A DNA stretch of 37,265 nt, from positions 24,744-62,008 of the forward strand of contig NW_014040016.1 of the NCBI RefSeq assembly GCF_001186125.1. Direction: 5' to 3'. Positions 30,065 to 37,265 of this stretch are shown here, piece by piece (positions within the stretch are counted from its first letter, which is position 1; each line of letters begins with the position of its first letter). A program made the position numbers and the translations under genes. The stretch is from Sphaeroforma arctica JP610 (lineage: Eukaryota). The notes under the pieces were generated by a model. The model did not search any database, was not told the origin of the DNA, and worked only from the letters and a program-made list of their open reading frames with translations.

Positions 30065-32001
30065 AGTGACGATTATACTACCTAACGATACCACAACTGT
30101 TCACCTGTCGACGTGTAGCAGGGCACGATACTATTAATAAAAGAAATGTATATATGGAAATAGCACTTTATAGAGTTCATACCGTATTATTGTTTAATTT
30201 CCTGCTAAATCGATGTTTATATGCATGCCGTTCAATATACAGTTCGGTACCGTAATTCCCGCTACATTCGAGCCTGCTACAAGACAAAAAACCCTAGAAA
30301 TAGAATTGATCACACCAATGTCATAGCCCTTCAAAAAGACAAGAAGGCTATGCATGCGTGTAGAGAGCAACAGAAACTGTTCACGATGACATACATAGTA
30401 TGGACATGATAGCAACAGGGAGACCTGAAACAGACTGTAGTATATACACTCCAGTTATAGGCACTCCCCGGCAGTATGCAAATGCTCCTTTCCAGACCGT
30501 ACTTAATGATTCGTCCTTATTTTCGCGTGGTGTTAATTTCGTTTGGTATTCTGTTCCTAGTTTCGAATGTTAGAATAAAGCTCTTGCTCATCTATAACTC
30601 CTCTTACTTGCCCCCGGATCTGCGCCGTTCACAATTTTACTAACTATTAGAGTATAGTTCTACTGTTCTTCTGTATGACCTCCTTAATCTCAGGGCTATA
30701 TTTGGGGATTTTATGCAAAAACCTTTTTATACTTTGTCAGCCAAGTTCAAGTAGTTTACACTGATTAGGACCTCCGCCATAAACAATACTTGCGTTCAAA
30801 TAGGATCTGGAATTCGCTTCATATATATAATAATACAAAAGAGACTATATTTTTTTTGTCCGATATGTAGCGTTTGAGTCAAAGAATGCCGCAACGCTTC
30901 TTCTATATAGGAAAACAATCATAGTAGGCAGCGTGGTATTTTAACCTGATATTTGCTTGAATTCTTTCTGTTGCGGTATTTTTCTTTACAACGGAGTTCA
31001 TAGACTTCTGAGAGATAACATCTGGAGAAGCTCATATGTTATTTATCCCGATTGATAAACTCCGTTGGTACCGCTATATAAAGTATCTTTTTACAAAGCA
31101 TTTCGGAGGTTGCGCAGTACGGAATGTTGGCGCAGAATATACGATATGGGAGACCTATAGGTTATATGCAATCTGTCTATCTTTAACGCCTAAATCAATC
31201 GTCAAAGAATCCTGGATCATTTGTCGAAACTAATAATTGATGGAGTACCCTTTCTGTAGGCAACTGTATGAAATAGTGACATAGCTGACAAGCCTAACGC
31301 ACTAGTTTTGGTCGTGCTACATCCGAGAAATTTTCACCATAAGCATACACCTCGGTGCTTTATTCAACAATGAACTATCTACAGGTGGAATACTATCTAT
31401 CATCTCTGCATGTGACTTCTGCATGACTGCGTAGCCTCCAGGCACCAAACAAGGGTTTCTTAATTCCTGGGCAGCGACAGACTTGTTGTTCAGTAAATCC
31501 TGTGAGACCCCCCCCCACTAATCTCTCAGGAGCATATATGTGATCAGAATCGTCTCTAAGAGCTAATGGTTGCATAACAAGCTACAATATGAAACTAAAT
31601 ATCGACAGCCATATAACCTTCCTTCGCCTAGTGCACAGTAGGCTATGTTCTAAAATGGTTCAAATTTAGACCATCCTGACTTATTAAGTCTCTTGGACCA
31701 TCCCATCTTTCAAATAAACCCTATAGTCCTTTCTATGGGTGATACGGGTGCAAGGTATTGAATTGTTACTAAAAACCACGTGCCGCCAAAATATCTCTTG
31801 ACCTTCAAAAGAAGGATTCAGTTTCAGCACCACAGCCCAACACAGTGAGCACAAAAAGATAAACAATTTGTACTCGACATCTCCTGTGACAGGAGATTGA
31901 AAAGGATAGCTTTAGATATTAACTGTCTCATATTGACGCTATCGATACATAGTTTCTGTGCATTTCACCTTGATTAGGAACGAAAATAAGAAACGAGAGA
32001 A

Positions 32002-34857
<2,856 letters not shown>

Positions 34858-35685
34858 GGCTGACGGCCACATCCAAGTAGTTACAGCAAATAAATAATCA
34901 AGAATTTGCTGCACTTCCAATGGCTTAAGAAGCCAGCATTTATGTGAGGCTGATGGCCACATCCAAGTAGATACAGCAGACAAATAAACAAGAATATGCT
35001 GGACTCCCAATGGCATAAGAAGCCAGCGTTTATGTGAGGCTGACGGCCACATCCAAGTAGTTACAGCAGACAAATAAACAAGAATATGCTGGACTCCCAA
35101 TGGCATAAGAAGCCAGCATTTATGTGAGGCTGACGGCCACATCCAAGTAGTTACAGCAGACAAATAAACAAGAATATGCTGGACTCCCAATGGCATAAGA
35201 AGCCAGCATTTATGTGAGGCTGACGGCCACATCCAAGTAGTTACAGCAGACAAATAAACAAGAATATGCTGGACTCCCAATGGCATAAGAAGCCAGCATT
35301 TATGTGAGGCTGACGGCCACATCCAAGTAGTTACAGCAAATAAATAAGGTGCGACTTGTATATTAAGTCTGACTCTAATGAAAGGGGCACGGATGTTCTG
35401 CGAGCTACTTTCGTACACATGTCGTCCGCTAATACGCGCAGACATGGGAAACATGCATGAAGTAATGGTGTAACAAACGAATGGTCTCGTGTTGCGCGAA
35501 AGGGATCAAGAAACCGATTCGAACAATTCATATTCTTGGATTTTCTTCATAAAAGTGGTGCATATTAGAATAAATTGATTCGCGTAATGACGACAGCGGC
35601 TAGTGTCGCAGCAACTGTCGCAAGCAGTACTTTTTTTCGCAAAGTCCTACTGCTTTGTATCGTTTGCAGCCGTTGGTTTTGCAGA

Positions 35686-37131
35686 TTATTCAGCACGAAC
35701 ACGATTTTCTGTTGTGAAGGAAGCGTGGTAAAAGATAAATAAACCCGCACGGTCATACACAAATAGACAGGATACAACAATTTTGTATATTAAATGCTCT
35801 GTAAATTTGTGTCTGTATGCACTATAGATACCATGATGTCTTCCGCATTTGAAGTACATGCATTCTGCATTCATAGCAGCCCTACCATTCGTATTTGAGA
35901 ACAAGTAAATGCCATTGCTCGAACGAGTGAGTGTAAGGGTATAGCTCTGAGTGGTCTTGTAATTGTACGTATGCTAGATTGTTTTGGAATACTTCTATAC
36001 GTGTTTTAACTGATATGCAGATGTATCTCGTGGGGTACACAATACGAAAAAAAAGTGAGGTACATATGTACACCAATGGTGTCACACTTATGTATACAGT
36101 TTTTTCCATGATGGGCCACGCGTACATATCACAAAGATCGACAGCTTTGCACTGTATATATTGTGGTATTTAAATAGACACCCGTGCAAACATGTATGTA
36201 CGTATAAACACACAAAGTGTACCGAGTTTAATTTCGTATGTACACACGTTGATTCCGGCTGCAGTTATTGCTATTACTAGCATAAATGCATTTGTGCAAA
36301 TACTAATACAATTGAACTACGCATGAATATGTATACGCATTTGTACGATCGTCCGCAATAATTGCAACTGTGCAGGGGAGCATCACAGCTACCACGGAAT
36401 TGGCATAGAAGTAAGCTCGTGTATATATGGATACTTGCGTCGCCACCAATATAAAAATATACCAGAGAGGGCAAAAACAGATTGATCAAGAACTATGAAG
36501 GTCAATTTAGGAATAGGAGTCACATTTCCGTTGGAGTATATATCCAAACATACACGAATGCATTTGCCTTTCAAATGCGCACTTGGATATAGATTGAGTA
36601 TAAGATTACCAACGATAGATTCATCACTTTCTCACTACAAAAGGTTGCAACGCAATATACGAAGTGTACGTACATATCGATTGCAATTAACAATCGAATC
36701 AACAGAAGCACCCAGCTTTGCCGTCGAACCGACAGGCAGTGGTCGTGATCCTGCAACATCCGCGGTCAAAACGGTCCACAAACTACACAGACCACTGCTT
36801 GATATTGTACCTGTACATTCCTGGACACAATCGGTCTGACCTTGTTGCGAACTATTGCTTTGTGTATACTCGCCACTGCATTTGGTGTTGGTGGAATGTA
36901 TGAGATTACTAAAATTGCCGAAGATATGAGGTGAGATCAATGAATACTGGTGCAACGAGGTAGATGAACAAATGGCAACGACGTCAATAGACTATACAAA
37001 CCTGAGTTTGACCTGGGTATCGGTTGCATCTCTTCGCTATATGGTGCAATCAATTCGCGTCTTTTGAGCCAAGGACAATCCAGCCATGACCAAGCCACAA
37101 CATCCCAGCGCTTGAGTATCGAAGTTTGCAC
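35686..37131 (-). CDS. Possible 3' exons of an uncharacterised gene extending beyond the window
   Basis: There are AG/GT-bounded open segments such as 35973-35886 (HTYNYKTTQSYTLTLTRSSNGIYLFSNTN), 35708-35686 (ENRVRAE*), a Cys-containing stretch near 36875-36675 (GQTDCVQECT...SIVNCNRY) and an acceptor at 37131. The frame linkage is not uniquely resolved. Confidence 0.3.
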
Positions 37132-37166
37132 CTGCGGACAGTTTCAGACCATCAATCAAAATATGC

Positions 37167-37247
<81 letters not shown>

Positions 37248-37265
37248 TATNTATNTNTNTNTATA

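Noticed and set aside
31735..31761. GDTGA, resembling a retroviral aspartyl protease motif
   Set aside because: It is followed by a stop within three codons, and no gag, RT or integrase remnants or LTRs are nearby.
35600..35708. Cys-rich minus-strand frame with an in-frame TGA (SCSC*IICKTNGC...), suggesting a selenoprotein
   Set aside because: No SECIS could be identified and there is no family resemblance. Other frames explain the region equally well.

Overview
Draft-assembly window (N gaps, long (TA)n/(TG)n tracts) of an intron-rich eukaryotic nuclear genome, with GT-AG introns in every gene model. Manual splicing gives nine protein-coding genes. In order they are a 5'-incomplete mitoribosomal mS38/COX24-type gene (+), a mitochondrion-targeted GabT-type class III aminotransferase (-), an 11-exon Bud6/Aip3-domain gene largely hidden in the ORF track (+), a single-C2H2 zinc-finger factor (-), PGAM5 (-), p70 S6 kinase with a TOS motif (-), prefoldin subunit 4 (+), a probable divergent mS31/MRPS31-like protein (-) and Pam17 (+). 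A tenth, poorly resolved minus-strand gene may occupy the last 1.5 kb. The mix of animal-type (S6K-TOS, PGAM5, mS31-like) and fungal-type (Bud6, Pam17) genes suggests a unicellular opisthokont such as an ichthyosporean, which is an inference. The most unusual structure is a 6 x 90 bp tandem array made from the Pam17 gene end (last codons, stop and AATAAA). It belongs to a window-wide pattern of local tandem duplications that also touches the PGAM5 catalytic RHG/donor site and an exon pair of the mS31-like gene. I found no CRISPR array, tRNA, rRNA or intact transposon. All family assignments come from remembered motifs, not database searches.
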